In this document: positions 45,909 to 55,532 of the stretch, piece by piece
Layout: each line of letters opens with the position of its first letter
Position numbering within the stretch: position 1 is the stretch's first letter
NCBI GenBank assembly: GCA_029261135.1
Contig: JAJDBX010000006.1
Coordinates: 64,123 to 128,122 of the forward strand
Origin: Nitrospirota bacterium
Lineage (GTDB): Bacteria; Nitrospirota; Nitrospiria; SBBL01; JAADHI01
DNA length: 64,000 bases
Reading direction: 5' to 3'
Position numbers and translations under genes: made by a program
The notes under the pieces: model-generated
Told to the model about the DNA's origin: nothing
What the model saw: only the letters and a program-made list of their open reading frames with translations
Databases searched by the model: none

Positions 45909-48500
45909 TTACTCGGCCCGAAGAGCCGCAAGCGGCTTTTCGCCTAAAATACGGTAGGTCACCAGAAAACCTGTCACCAGGGTCAGGACAATTGTGACAA
46001 TTCCACCCACCAGTAAAACATCCCAGGCAAAGATCCAAGGAATATCTAGAAATTTTTGAACAATCACCCAGGAAAAAATAACAGAAAGCCCCCCACCCAC
46101 GACGACGGCCAATAAACCAAAAACAGCATACTCCACTGCCATCATGGCCATCAAGTCGGGACGCGTCGCCCCCAGTATTTTAAACAATACCATCTCATGT
46201 ACGCGCCGACCACGCGTCGCGGCAATCGCACCGGAAACCACGACCAAGCCAACGCTGAGGCCCAAGATCGCCATGAATTCAACAGTATGCGCAATTTCGC
46301 CTAAAATCCGCGCGATGGTCTCTAAAATTTCACGAATGGGAATAATGGTAATATTCGGAAAGGCATCAATGACGGCATTTTGTATGGGCCGATCATCGGT
46401 TTCATCTGCTGTGACGGTCGCGACAAAGGTTTCAGGCGCGCCCGCCAACACCTCCGGGGGGAAGATAAAATAAAAGTTGGTGGTCATGCTGCCCCAATCC
46501 ACCTCACGAACCGAAGAAATTTTCCCTGAAACCTGAATCCCCTGAATATCAAAACTGATCTCAGAACCGAGATCTAAGCCCAAATGCCGTCCCGCTTCAG
46601 ATTCCACAGAGATCATCTCTTCAAGCCCTTTTGATTCTGCATCCCACCACAGCCCGCGCTTCACAATGTTATGGGCCGGGAGGTCTTTCTGGTAAGTCAG
46701 GACATATTCCCGCGTAAAATACCAAGCGTCTTTTCGGCCTTCGAGATCCATTCCTGAAACCACCTCCCCGTTTATGGCATGTAATCGACTGCGTATCAGA
46801 GGAGTCATTTCAGTCGGTTGTTTCAAAGACCAGGAGTTGAGTAGTTTCTTTAAATCCTTTTTCTGATCGGACTGAATATCCACCAGAAATAGACCTGGTG
46901 CATCCTCGGGAATATTTTGATTCAGTTGGGCCAAGAGATTTTTTTCCACCTGTAAGAGCGTCATGAGCACCATGACAGCAATGCCGAGCGAAAGTAAGAT
47001 CGCCATGACTTGCCGACCGGGGCGATAGAGGTTGGCCAGCCCGTAGCGCAATGCGAGTTGTCGCGGCGTACCCAGTCGTTTTACGATGAACAGCATGCCT
47101 CGCCCGGTGAGCATCAAGAGGAGCAATGAGACGGCAAGCCCTGCTGCGACCGATCCGCCCAATTTCCAGGAACCCGCCTGCCAAACGACCAGTGCAATCC
47201 ATCCGATCATCAAGGGAACCATTAAATAAAGTCGATTACTTAAACCTTTTCTTATACTTTTTGCTTTTAAAGGTTCAACTTTATGACGAAAAACACGGGA
47301 TGGAGAAATTTCACCCACGACACGGAGCGGCCAGACTGAAAAAAGTAAGGTCGTCAAAAGTCCCATGGTCATCCCCTGAAAGATGGGTACAGGGGTCAAT
47401 TGAAAAACAAAACCGGGGGGAAGAAAGCCGGAAAGTAGTTGGATGAGAACAAGATAGATGCCAATCCCGAAAACGATGCCGATCACTCCGCCGATGCCCC
47501 CCAACAAGAGGACTAAAAATAGGTAAATTTTTAAAATCGTTGAAGAGGCCGTTCCCAGTGATTTTAGAATCGCAATCGTTTCAATGCGTTCAGTCAAAAA
47601 AGCATGAACATTTCCCCCGACCCCGATGCCGCCAATCATTAATGTGATGAGACCCACGAGCCCCAAATAGGTCGTAAAATTATCCAAAAACCGACGAAGA
47701 CGCGGACGCACTTCTCGATAGGTTTTTACCCGAACCGATTCATCACTCAAAGTCTCTTCGAGATGAATTTTGAGTTTTTCAGGACTCCACACTCCGCCTG
47801 TCTTCAAAAGAATTCTTCTTCGGACACGACTGCCGACTTGTATCAACGCCGCCCGTTTGAGTGCGGATTGTGACAGCATGACGCGCGGCCCAAGACTAAA
47901 GGGGCCAGCGACCTTGTCCGGTTCTCGCGTGATGATACCGCCGATCAAAAAATCATGGTCACCGAGTGCGAGTTTCTCGCCGACTTTGAGTTTAAGCCGT
48001 AGTAAAAGCCCTTCTTCGACAAAAACCGTCTCCGCACTCTTAAAAGGATTTGCAAGTGGGGGATCAATTTCCAGTTCCCCATAAAAAGGGTAGCCGGATT
48101 CAACTGCTTTCACTTCAACCAATTGAGTTTGGGTCGATGTGGGATTGGCCGCCATCCCAATAAGTTCTGCCAAAGAAACAAAAGATAGGCCTTCTCCCCG
48201 GAGTGCGTCTAAAACCGCTTCTCCTTCCTCAGACAAAGGTCGGGATAACCTGAGCTCTACATCGGCGGCAAGCAGATTTTTCGCTTCATGCTGGGTCATC
48301 GCTTCAAAATTCTCAGCGATATTACCCACACCCACAATCGAACCGACACCAATGGCAATTGAAATCAGAAAAAAAATGAAATGCCGCAGGGAGCCACGCA
48401 CCTCTCGCCAGGCAGTATTCAGAATAAATTGCGTTTGATTAGGGTTTTGATTGTTCTTCAACAATTCGACCATCTCGCAAGGTAATGACCCGATCGGCAC
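45909..48500 (-). CDS. FtsX-like ABC transporter permease (YbbP-type, two FtsX domains)
   Basis: 863 aa with 10 predicted TM helices in two 4-TM FtsX-like clusters and large periplasmic loops. It follows the ATPase gene. The start is uncertain because the ORF overlaps the ATPase 3' end. Confidence 0.8.
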   Translation of the reverse strand: MPIGSLPCEMVELLKNNQNPNQTQFILNTAWREVRGSLRHFIFFLISIAIGVGSIVGVGNIAENFEAMTQHEAKNLLAADVELRLSRPLSEEGEAVLDALRGEGLSFVSLAELIGMAANPTSTQTQLVEVKAVESGYPFYGELEIDPPLANPFKSAETVFVEEGLLLRLKLKVGEKLALGDHDFLIGGIITREPDKVAGPFSLGPRVMLSQSALKRAALIQVGSRVRRRILLKTGGVWSPEKLKIHLEETLSDESVRVKTYREVRPRLRRFLDNFTTYLGLVGLITLMIGGIGVGGNVHAFLTERIETIAILKSLGTASSTILKIYLFLVLLLGGIGGVIGIVFGIGIYLVLIQLLSGFLPPGFVFQLTPVPIFQGMTMGLLTTLLFSVWPLRVVGEISPSRVFRHKVEPLKAKSIRKGLSNRLYLMVPLMIGWIALVVWQAGSWKLGGSVAAGLAVSLLLLMLTGRGMLFIVKRLGTPRQLALRYGLANLYRPGRQVMAILLSLGIAVMVLMTLLQVEKNLLAQLNQNIPEDAPGLFLVDIQSDQKKDLKKLLNSWSLKQPTEMTPLIRSRLHAINGEVVSGMDLEGRKDAWYFTREYVLTYQKDLPAHNIVKRGLWWDAESKGLEEMISVESEAGRHLGLDLGSEISFDIQGIQVSGKISSVREVDWGSMTTNFYFIFPPEVLAGAPETFVATVTADETDDRPIQNAVIDAFPNITIIPIREILETIARILGEIAHTVEFMAILGLSVGLVVVSGAIAATRGRRVHEMVLFKILGATRPDLMAMMAVEYAVFGLLAVVVGGGLSVIFSWVIVQKFLDIPWIFAWDVLLVGGIVTIVLTLVTGFLVTYRILGEKPLAALRAE

Positions 48501-49113
48501 GAGAAGCCAAGTTCATGTCGTGCGTCACCAGGATGAAGGTATTTCCCAAGTCTCGATGAAGATTTAAGAGCAGATCAATCACCAATGTTCCATTTTTTGA
48601 ATCTAGATTTCCTGTGGGTTCATCGGCCAATAAAAGGGCTGGGGATCCGGCGTAAGCACGGGCAACCGCCACGCGCTGTTGTTCTCCCCCTGAGAGTTGT
48701 ACCGGGTAATGGCCACAGCGTGCTTCAAGACCCACTGCTGTCATCAGTCGTTTGGCCTCCTCACTGGCGTCCTGCCGGCCTTGAAGCTCAAGTGGTACTT
48801 GAACATTTTCGATGGCTGTCATGGTGGGAATCAGATGAAAAGACTGGAAAACCATGCCTATTTTTTGACGGCGTAACATGGCCAGTTCATCTTCAGTCAG
48901 ATCTGAAAGAGAAGTGCCATCAAAAACGATTGATCCAGAGCTCGGTCGATCTAAGCCTGCCATCAAACCCAACAAGGTCGATTTGCCACTGCCAGAGGGG
49001 CCGACAATGGCCAAGAGTTCTTTTTCAGGGACATGAAGATTAATCTCGTCTAGAATTTTTACAGACCGACCTGCGCTAGAAAGAGACATCGTTAAATTCG
49101 AAATCTCAATCAT
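48439..49113 (-). CDS. ABC transporter ATP-binding protein (YbbA/LolD-like)
   Basis: Walker A GPSGSGKST, signature LSGGEQQR, Walker B LLLADEPT. Confidence 0.9.
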   Translation of the reverse strand: MIEISNLTMSLSSAGRSVKILDEINLHVPEKELLAIVGPSGSGKSTLLGLMAGLDRPSSGSIVFDGTSLSDLTEDELAMLRRQKIGMVFQSFHLIPTMTAIENVQVPLELQGRQDASEEAKRLMTAVGLEARCGHYPVQLSGGEQQRVAVARAYAGSPALLLADEPTGNLDSKNGTLVIDLLLNLHRDLGNTFILVTHDMNLASRADRVITLRDGRIVEEQSKP

Positions 49114-49150
49114 GGTTCAGTCCCAAAGCAGTCGTCCGGAAGTAGCCGCT

Positions 49151-50314
49151 TTAAAAGCGTTTGAATTGTTTGCTCAGCGACAAACCCTGAGACTGATAGG
49201 AAGATCCGATATCCACCCCGTAGGTCTTTTCGGGTCGTCCGAGCAGTTGCTCATAGATCAAACGACCGACAAACTGACCGTCTTCAAGAAGAAAAGGCAC
49301 CTCATGAGAACGAACCTCAAGGACAGCATGGGTTCCTTTGATATCGTTGTTGCCATAGCCGAAGCCCGGATCAAAGAAACCGGCATAATGAATCCGAAAC
49401 TCCCCGACTGAAGGGTCGTATGCCACCATTTCCGCTGCATGACCGGGTGGGATACGGACTTTCTCTTTTGAAAGCAGGATGTAAAAATCATCTGGATTTA
49501 AAAGGAGTCCATCGGTTTTGGGTGCAGGGATGGCTTCCCAGAAATCGTTTGGATCGTAATAATTAATTTTGCTAAGGTCAATGAGCGGGGCATGATGCTT
49601 GGCGCGGTAGCCCACAACATCCCCTCCAGCAACTCCGGCTAGATCAATTGAAATCCTTAATCCTTCTGAAATTGTGGCATCCACGGCTTCATCATTGGGA
49701 AGATAAACGAGCGTCTCTGCGCGATCGAGTTTATCTAGTTTATGATCGGAGTGCGGGGAATCAAAACCTTTAATGAATCGGAGTTGGTTTAATTTAGTCC
49801 CCTCTCGAACAAGGATACTAAAGGTGCGGGGAACCACTTCAACATAAAGATCGCCTTTGTAACCCGCCTGAACCCGCTCAAATTCCGTACAATAATCACT
49901 AATGAGCCGCGTAAAAACGTCAAGCCGCCCCGTCGTGCTCTTGGGGTTTGCCCGGCCAGAGATCTCTGGCGGGAGCCTGAGGGTTTCCATCAGTGGAATA
50001 ATATAGACACAGCCTTTTTCCAAGACTGCCGAAGCGCCCAGATCAATCTCATGCATTTTTAGAGATTCAATTTTCCGTTTTACTGTGGCGTGTTTTCCGG
50101 GCAGAAAACTGGAACGCACACGATAGGCAATAGGGCCCAAACGCAGATCAATACTGGCCGGCTGAATTTGATCATCCGAAATACGCTGCGGGGCAGAGAG
50201 ATAGCTGCTATCGATTAAATTTTTTATGTTCTGCACGGGCAGAACACCTTTTTTATGGAATGCAATAAGGTCTCTTTCAAGTTCGGGGAAAAGGCTGGAC
50301 ATATTGCCACTCAT
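49151..50314 (-). CDS. 2'-deoxycytidine 5'-triphosphate deaminase, long (two-domain) form
   Basis: 387 aa. The N-terminal block IQPASIDLRLGPIAYRVRSSFLPG and the overall length match my recollection of the DCD (PF06559-type) family. Confidence 0.7.
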   Translation of the reverse strand: MSGNMSSLFPELERDLIAFHKKGVLPVQNIKNLIDSSYLSAPQRISDDQIQPASIDLRLGPIAYRVRSSFLPGKHATVKRKIESLKMHEIDLGASAVLEKGCVYIIPLMETLRLPPEISGRANPKSTTGRLDVFTRLISDYCTEFERVQAGYKGDLYVEVVPRTFSILVREGTKLNQLRFIKGFDSPHSDHKLDKLDRAETLVYLPNDEAVDATISEGLRISIDLAGVAGGDVVGYRAKHHAPLIDLSKINYYDPNDFWEAIPAPKTDGLLLNPDDFYILLSKEKVRIPPGHAAEMVAYDPSVGEFRIHYAGFFDPGFGYGNNDIKGTHAVLEVRSHEVPFLLEDGQFVGRLIYEQLLGRPEKTYGVDIGSSYQSQGLSLSKQFKRF

Positions 50315-50455
50315 ACCTGCATTCCTTTCTAACTATAATTTGATCGGAAGGCGTGATCATAACCAGAAACCCAGTGACTTGGCAAGCGGTTTGAAGTCAA
50401 TCAAACCTTACGATAAACTATATTAATCTGTTTAGCCTCCTTTGGAGTCAAGGTC

Positions 50456-51130
50456 TTGAGTACACAAGCATTGAGGTTCATAAAACCAGTCAGGATAGGC
50501 TCTTTTCTATTGAGTCTGCTGATCGTAATCCAATCCATTGTTTTATTCTCACCCTCAGACAGCGCACTTGCCACCAAAGAAGGAGTGATTGTTGCCTTCG
50601 GAGATAGCTTGACTGCAGGACTCGGTGTTTCAGTAGAGAGTGCTTACCCTGCCCTGCTCAATAAAAAAATTAAAAAAGAAGGCATATTTTTTAAAGTAAT
50701 CAATGCCGGTGTGAGTGGAGAGACCACGGCAGGAGGACTTCGCAGGGTGAAGTGGATACTTAAAAATAAACCCGATATTGTCATTTTAGAATTAGGGGCC
50801 AATGATGGCCTTCGCGGACTGAGCCTCCTTGAAATGGAAAAAAACCTTGGGAAAATTATTCAAGGCTTAAGAAAAGAAAACGTGAAGGTTGTGTTGGCCG
50901 GGATGAAAATTCCACCCAACTATGGCAGTCGATATACCAGTGAATTTGAAGAGATTTTTCCAAAACTGGCCAAGCGTTTTAATCTGACGCTTATTCCTTT
51001 TTTCTTAGAAGGTGTGGCAGCTGTCCCCGCGTTAAATCAAGGAGATGGTCTCCACCCCACCGCAGCCGGATACGAAACGATTGTTGAGCAGATCTGGCCG
51101 ATCATACTTAAGGTCATTGAAAAACATTAA
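50456..51130 (+). CDS. tesA: SGNH/GDSL arylesterase-thioesterase (TesA-like)
   Basis: Blocks I-V: VAFGDSLTAG, NAGVSGETT, ELGANDGLRG, DGLHPT. It is divergent from the ybbA/ybbP-like genes, as in E. coli. Confidence 0.8.
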   Translation: MSTQALRFIKPVRIGSFLLSLLIVIQSIVLFSPSDSALATKEGVIVAFGDSLTAGLGVSVESAYPALLNKKIKKEGIFFKVINAGVSGETTAGGLRRVKWILKNKPDIVILELGANDGLRGLSLLEMEKNLGKIIQGLRKENVKVVLAGMKIPPNYGSRYTSEFEEIFPKLAKRFNLTLIPFFLEGVAAVPALNQGDGLHPTAAGYETIVEQIWPIILKVIEKH

Positions 51131-51212
51131 ATCGACGTGGGCGAGACTGCCTAAAAAAGATTGATTGAATTTTTCTAAAGATTAAATGAATCGATTTCTA
51201 ATACTTAGACCC

Positions 51213-51896
51213 TTAGTTCAAAAAGACGATATCCACCCTTCTATTTTTAGCCCGGTTCTCTGGGGTATCATTTGGAACAAGGGGTTTTCTGTCACTGTAG
51301 CCTACGACTGAAAAGCGTTTGGGATCCAATTTTCCATCTTTCAACATGTGCCGAACCACACTGCCCGCGCGTGCGATAGAGAGATCCCAATTTGTGGGAT
51401 ATTTTGGCGTTGAAATCGAAATATTATCCGTATGACCTTCAACCTGAATTTCATACCGTGCCCCTTGCGTGAACAAGACAATTTCATCAATCATTTCTCC
51501 AGATTCAGGTCGTAACTCCGCCTGACCGGATAAAAAAAGGAGTTTGCTTGAAATAGAGATCACCGTCCCATTTTCTGTCGTACGCACATCCACCTTTCCG
51601 TAGAGTCGATCTGATGTAAAGGCTCTGTGCACCTCATCCGGGGTAAAAAACTCTCTCACTCTAGGCGGGATGGCCATATTGTCTGGGGTTGATAGGGGCA
51701 TAAGACTGCCTGGCATCAGCACACCCATGCCCCCCTGCCTGAAAAAACCTAAAGCTTCTTCGAGTTTTCCTTTATCGACAGATTTCATGGCAAAGAGGAG
51801 AACAAAAAAAGTCAACAAAAGGCTGAGCAGATCTGCAAAAGTATTCATCCAAGCGCCGGTATCTACCGCTTTTACTTCTTTTTCCTTCCGAGCCAT
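51213..51896 (-). CDS. motB: flagellar stator protein MotB (OmpA-like C-terminal domain)
   Basis: The TM segment WMNTFADLLSLLLTFFVLLF contains the conserved Asp. The PG-binding block is VEGHTDNISI...NWDLSIARAGSV...NRRVDI. Confidence 0.85.
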   Translation of the reverse strand: MARKEKEVKAVDTGAWMNTFADLLSLLLTFFVLLFAMKSVDKGKLEEALGFFRQGGMGVLMPGSLMPLSTPDNMAIPPRVREFFTPDEVHRAFTSDRLYGKVDVRTTENGTVISISSKLLFLSGQAELRPESGEMIDEIVLFTQGARYEIQVEGHTDNISISTPKYPTNWDLSIARAGSVVRHMLKDGKLDPKRFSVVGYSDRKPLVPNDTPENRAKNRRVDIVFLN

Positions 51897-52594
51897 TAAA
51901 CTGCAGCTCCAATTAATATGATTCGGATTCGCCGATTCTTCTTTCGATTCTTTTCACGATTATTTGGAAGAAGCGGATGGAATTCACCTAAACCTACGGC
52001 CGTGATCTGATCAATGGGGATTTTATAACGATTGACTAGATGTAATAAAATTGAAGTCGCACGCGCTGCGGAAAGCTCCCAATTTGAGGGGTATTTCTCG
52101 GAAGACATGGGCAAATTATCGGTATGTCCCTCTATTCTGAGCGGAAAAGGATTGTCAGACAGAATTCGTTTAATTTCCTTAAATATATCCTCTGACTCAT
52201 CATTAATCTTCGAACTTCCGGATGAAAAAAGTAACTCTCCGGGGATGTGGATAATTAAATCATCGCCTTCCTGGGTCACAAATGTTTCCTTATCTTCCAC
52301 ACGCTCATTAATTAATCGTGTAAATGCCCTCCCGAGAGACACCTTGTTATATTCGGGACTGACCATGGGTGCACCAGGGGGGGCCAACTGTTTTCCTGCA
52401 GTCAAATGGAGACCACTAGGCAACATCCCAAATGTTCCGGCGAGTCCTCCGAGCGCCTTTTTAATTCTTTGTTTGTCATCAACGCCGATGGAATTCAGAT
52501 ACACAAAAAAAATCACAAGAATCAGGTTAAGAGAAACCATCATCACAACCGTTCCGTCTCCGGCCTTAGTTGCTTTTTTTTTCTTCCTTGCCAT
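51896..52594 (-). CDS. MotB-like OmpA-domain protein lacking the channel Asp
   Basis: The TM segment VVMMVSLNLILVIFFVYL aligns Ser where MotB has Asp. The OmpA-like block is IEGHTDNLPMSS...NWELSAARATSI...NRRIRI. Confidence 0.75.
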   Translation of the reverse strand: MARKKKKATKAGDGTVVMMVSLNLILVIFFVYLNSIGVDDKQRIKKALGGLAGTFGMLPSGLHLTAGKQLAPPGAPMVSPEYNKVSLGRAFTRLINERVEDKETFVTQEGDDLIIHIPGELLFSSGSSKINDESEDIFKEIKRILSDNPFPLRIEGHTDNLPMSSEKYPSNWELSAARATSILLHLVNRYKIPIDQITAVGLGEFHPLLPNNREKNRKKNRRIRIILIGAAV

Positions 52595-52650
52595 AAAAGT
52601 CCCGATCTTTTCAAAAAATGAATTGTGATTGGAAGAACTAAAATAGAGGG

Positions 52651-53421
52651 TTATTCAGCGTCCTCTGACATCTTTCGGTGTTTAGGCGATAAAAAGACTT
52701 GTAATTTCTGTTCCATCACTCTTGGATTTTCCCCTGCAGCAATAGACATTACTCCTTCTAAAATCAAATCTTTTACGAGTAATTCTTCTTTATTTCTTTT
52801 TTTGAGTTTCCCGGCCATCGGCAAAAAAATGAGGTTTGCCATCAATGCACCGTAAAAGGTTGTAATCAGCGCAATAGCCATAGCAGGACCGATCTTACTC
52901 GGATCGTCCAATGATTGAAGCATCTGAACGAGCCCAATCAGGGTCCCGATCATACCCAGTGCAGGCGCAAATGTGGCGAGTGCTGTAAATACTTCTGCCC
53001 CTAAATCATGCCTTTCTTCAACATATGCGACTTCTCTTTCAAGAACGCCCTTAATTGAATTCACATCAATGCCATCCACTAACATCACCAATCCTTTTGC
53101 GAGAAACTCATCTTTAATATCCTTGATCATGGGTTCAACTGTAAGGATGCCACCGGTTCTTGTTTTTGTTCCCACATCGACCAAGACCGTAATGAGATCT
53201 TGCGCGGACTGTAGTTTGAATAGAAAAACATGCTTGATTACTTTCATAACACCCAGAACATCGACGAGAGGATAATTGATCAGCACCACTCCGATGGTTC
53301 CCCCGACGACGATCATGAAAGAGGCCGCATCCCAAAAAACCATCAAGGTTCCGCCACTTAGAATTCCAAACATGACCAGGCCAAAAGCGCCAACTATTCC
53401 AAGTAGTGTTGCGAGATCCAC
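52651..53421 (-). CDS. motA: flagellar stator protein MotA/PomA
   Basis: 256 aa with a GTG start and four TM helices. Contains the conserved block PALGMIGTLIGLVQML...GPAMAIALITTFYGALMANLIFLPMAGKL. Confidence 0.9.
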   Translation of the reverse strand: MDLATLLGIVGAFGLVMFGILSGGTLMVFWDAASFMIVVGGTIGVVLINYPLVDVLGVMKVIKHVFLFKLQSAQDLITVLVDVGTKTRTGGILTVEPMIKDIKDEFLAKGLVMLVDGIDVNSIKGVLEREVAYVEERHDLGAEVFTALATFAPALGMIGTLIGLVQMLQSLDDPSKIGPAMAIALITTFYGALMANLIFLPMAGKLKKRNKEELLVKDLILEGVMSIAAGENPRVMEQKLQVFLSPKHRKMSEDAE

Positions 53422-53504
53422 TTCATCCTCTCTCTAAAAAAATCATTCAAGTTCTAAAAATACACGGTCATTCGTCAAATTATGCTAAGAATAATTTGAC
53501 GAAT

Positions 53505-53897
53505 TTATTCTTCCCGTATTTGATCCAGGTGTGTCTTAATTTCTGTTTCAACCCGTTCAGTGCTGCTGTCTGCGTTATACATTACCAACTTCCGCAGGTG
53601 ATTATAGCTATCAAGTTCAAGGTGACTAATCAATTTGACACCCATTCCCTTTTGACTGACTGTGATCACCTCCGCTTTCACTTGGATCGAAATATCGCTT
53701 TCTCTCCCACCCACAAAAATCGAGACCCGACACTTTGTCCCGACCTCAAAGGGCATATCACAATCGATAAATATCCCATTCATGCTGACACAATTTGTAC
53801 TGCCAAGACGTTTTTCTTGATCCGAAATCCGTTCGCTTTCAACTTCTACCTTCATTGAAATACGCGTATATTGGCGCAAATCTGTTGAATGTGTCAT
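53505..53897 (-). CDS. stand-alone PilZ-domain protein
   Basis: RQYTR (RxxxR) is followed about 30 aa later by CVSMNG (a degenerate D/NxSxxG). The protein is 130 aa and beta-rich. Confidence 0.65.
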   Translation of the reverse strand: MTHSTDLRQYTRISMKVEVESERISDQEKRLGSTNCVSMNGIFIDCDMPFEVGTKCRVSIFVGGRESDISIQVKAEVITVSQKGMGVKLISHLELDSYNHLRKLVMYNADSSTERVETEIKTHLDQIREE

Positions 53898-54385
53898 GTG
53901 GGATCCTCTATCGTCTTGGGCAATTTTTTCAAATCACCCGTTTCTTTTTTTGCCGTACGGCTGAAGTAGATCACAACCATGCATATCATCCAAATCCCCC
54001 CAATGACCCAAGACATTTCAGGACTGAGGTTATGAAATATTGAAATCAATAATGTCAGGGTAATGGTCAGTGCAATACGGCGTTTTTGTTCTATTGTGAG
54101 ACCACGTTTTTCACGAAAGGCCGCAATATAATCACCAAATATAGGATGCTTCAAGAGCCATTTGTGCCATTTCGGGCTACTTTTCGCAAAACAATATGCA
54201 CCCAATAACATAAAAGGTGTCGTATCAAGAATCGGGAGGACGATGCCTAAAATACCAATAGAAACAGACAAAAACCCTCCGAAAAGAAAACAACGACGCT
54301 TGAATATTCCAGCACTGAGGGTTGAATGCACTTGTTTTAATTCAATCTCCTGATTTAATTTATCTAAAATACCGTGACTCCCCAT
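53894..54385 (-). CDS. YbaN-family (DUF454) inner-membrane protein
   Basis: GILGIVLPILDTTPFMLLGAYCFAKSSPKWHKWLLKHPIFGDYI matches the remembered DUF454 signature. Confidence 0.75.
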   Translation of the reverse strand: MGSHGILDKLNQEIELKQVHSTLSAGIFKRRCFLFGGFLSVSIGILGIVLPILDTTPFMLLGAYCFAKSSPKWHKWLLKHPIFGDYIAAFREKRGLTIEQKRRIALTITLTLLISIFHNLSPEMSWVIGGIWMICMVVIYFSRTAKKETGDLKKLPKTIEDPT

Positions 54386-54432
54386 AAGCTCCCCAATGGT
54401 CTTTTAAGTTTCTAACTTCGATGTTATTTCAA

Positions 54433-55125
54433 TTAAAACCCATACTCCTTCAAAACACTGTCCACCAAATCTTGATCGAGGGTATCCCCTTCTGAAGAGT
54501 ACTCAAGTCCAGATAGCAGTTCCTCTTCACGTGCCTCTGCAATTTTTACCCGCTTGGCACCTCTCCCAAAGGTCACGACCATTTTGAGAATACGTGCTCG
54601 AAGCTGCTCAAGCGATGTTGAGACTTTCCGAAGTTGCTGCCCAGCTGGATCCTGAAAAGAAAGAGTCCCAACAAGATTAAACATGGTCGCCTTATTATCA
54701 TCCAATAATGAACTTAAGGTTTTTAATTCTTCTTGAACCTTTATTTCCGATTTAAGCGATTCATCTAATAAGGTTGCTTTAAGAGACGCAATTCGCTCAA
54801 ACATCAAATCATCATTATCAATCACTTTATCTGCATCATCTAAAATTTTCTGAGTTGCTTCTTCTGTTTTACGGGAAACTTCAGAAAGCTCATCTCTTCC
54901 AAAAGGAATTTGGTTTGAGACACTTTCCATCATTGATCCCGCAGATCGGATTTTCCCGACGATTTCATTTAAATACTGAGCCAGTTCACCGACCTCTGAA
55001 TAAAGATCGGGATCAGGCGAAAGGGCTATCGTCTCCGCATTGTTGTCTGTCACACGCTCAGGGCTGAGGCTTTCTCCCTGGACTATATTGTCACCGTTAT
55101 CATACGCATTTTCTGGAGATCCCAT
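54433..55125 (-). CDS. CheZ-like CheY-P phosphatase
   Basis: FQDPAGQQLRKV resembles the CheZ active-site block FQDLTGQ. The C-terminus DQDLVDSVLKEYGF resembles the CheY-binding peptide. It lies next to cheY. Confidence 0.65.
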   Translation of the reverse strand: MGSPENAYDNGDNIVQGESLSPERVTDNNAETIALSPDPDLYSEVGELAQYLNEIVGKIRSAGSMMESVSNQIPFGRDELSEVSRKTEEATQKILDDADKVIDNDDLMFERIASLKATLLDESLKSEIKVQEELKTLSSLLDDNKATMFNLVGTLSFQDPAGQQLRKVSTSLEQLRARILKMVVTFGRGAKRVKIAEAREEELLSGLEYSSEGDTLDQDLVDSVLKEYGF

Positions 55126-55151
55126 TTTATCCTCCTCAGTTCAAGTGATAT

Positions 55152-55532
55152 TTAATTCGGAAACATCTTATCTATTTTTGCTTTTAAGGTATCCGCAGTG
55201 AAAGGCTTCACGATGTAGTTCGACGCCCCCGCACGAATGGCTTCCAAGACCGCTTTTTGAGAGGCTTGAGCCGTGACCATTAAAACGGGAAGTTCCTTGT
55301 AAGTCGAGTCTTCCCGAATCGCCTTCAACATGCCCAGGCCATCTAAGTTGGGCATGTTCCAATCGGAGACAACCAAATCAAGTCCACCCTGTTTGACTTT
55401 ACTTAAACCCTGCAGGCCATCTTCAGCTTCATCCAGGTTTGTATAGCCCAGCTGCCTTAAAGCGTTTTTAATTATTCTTCGCATCGTTGACATATCATCA
55501 ACGATAAGAATTTTCATTTTTAAGTCTGGCAT
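55152..55532 (-). CDS. cheY: chemotaxis response regulator CheY
   Basis: SD AGGAGAGGGG precedes ATG 55532. KILIVDDMSTMRRI, VVSDWNMPNLDG, MVTAQ, YIVKPF. Confidence 0.9.
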   Translation of the reverse strand: MPDLKMKILIVDDMSTMRRIIKNALRQLGYTNLDEAEDGLQGLSKVKQGGLDLVVSDWNMPNLDGLGMLKAIREDSTYKELPVLMVTAQASQKAVLEAIRAGASNYIVKPFTADTLKAKIDKMFPN

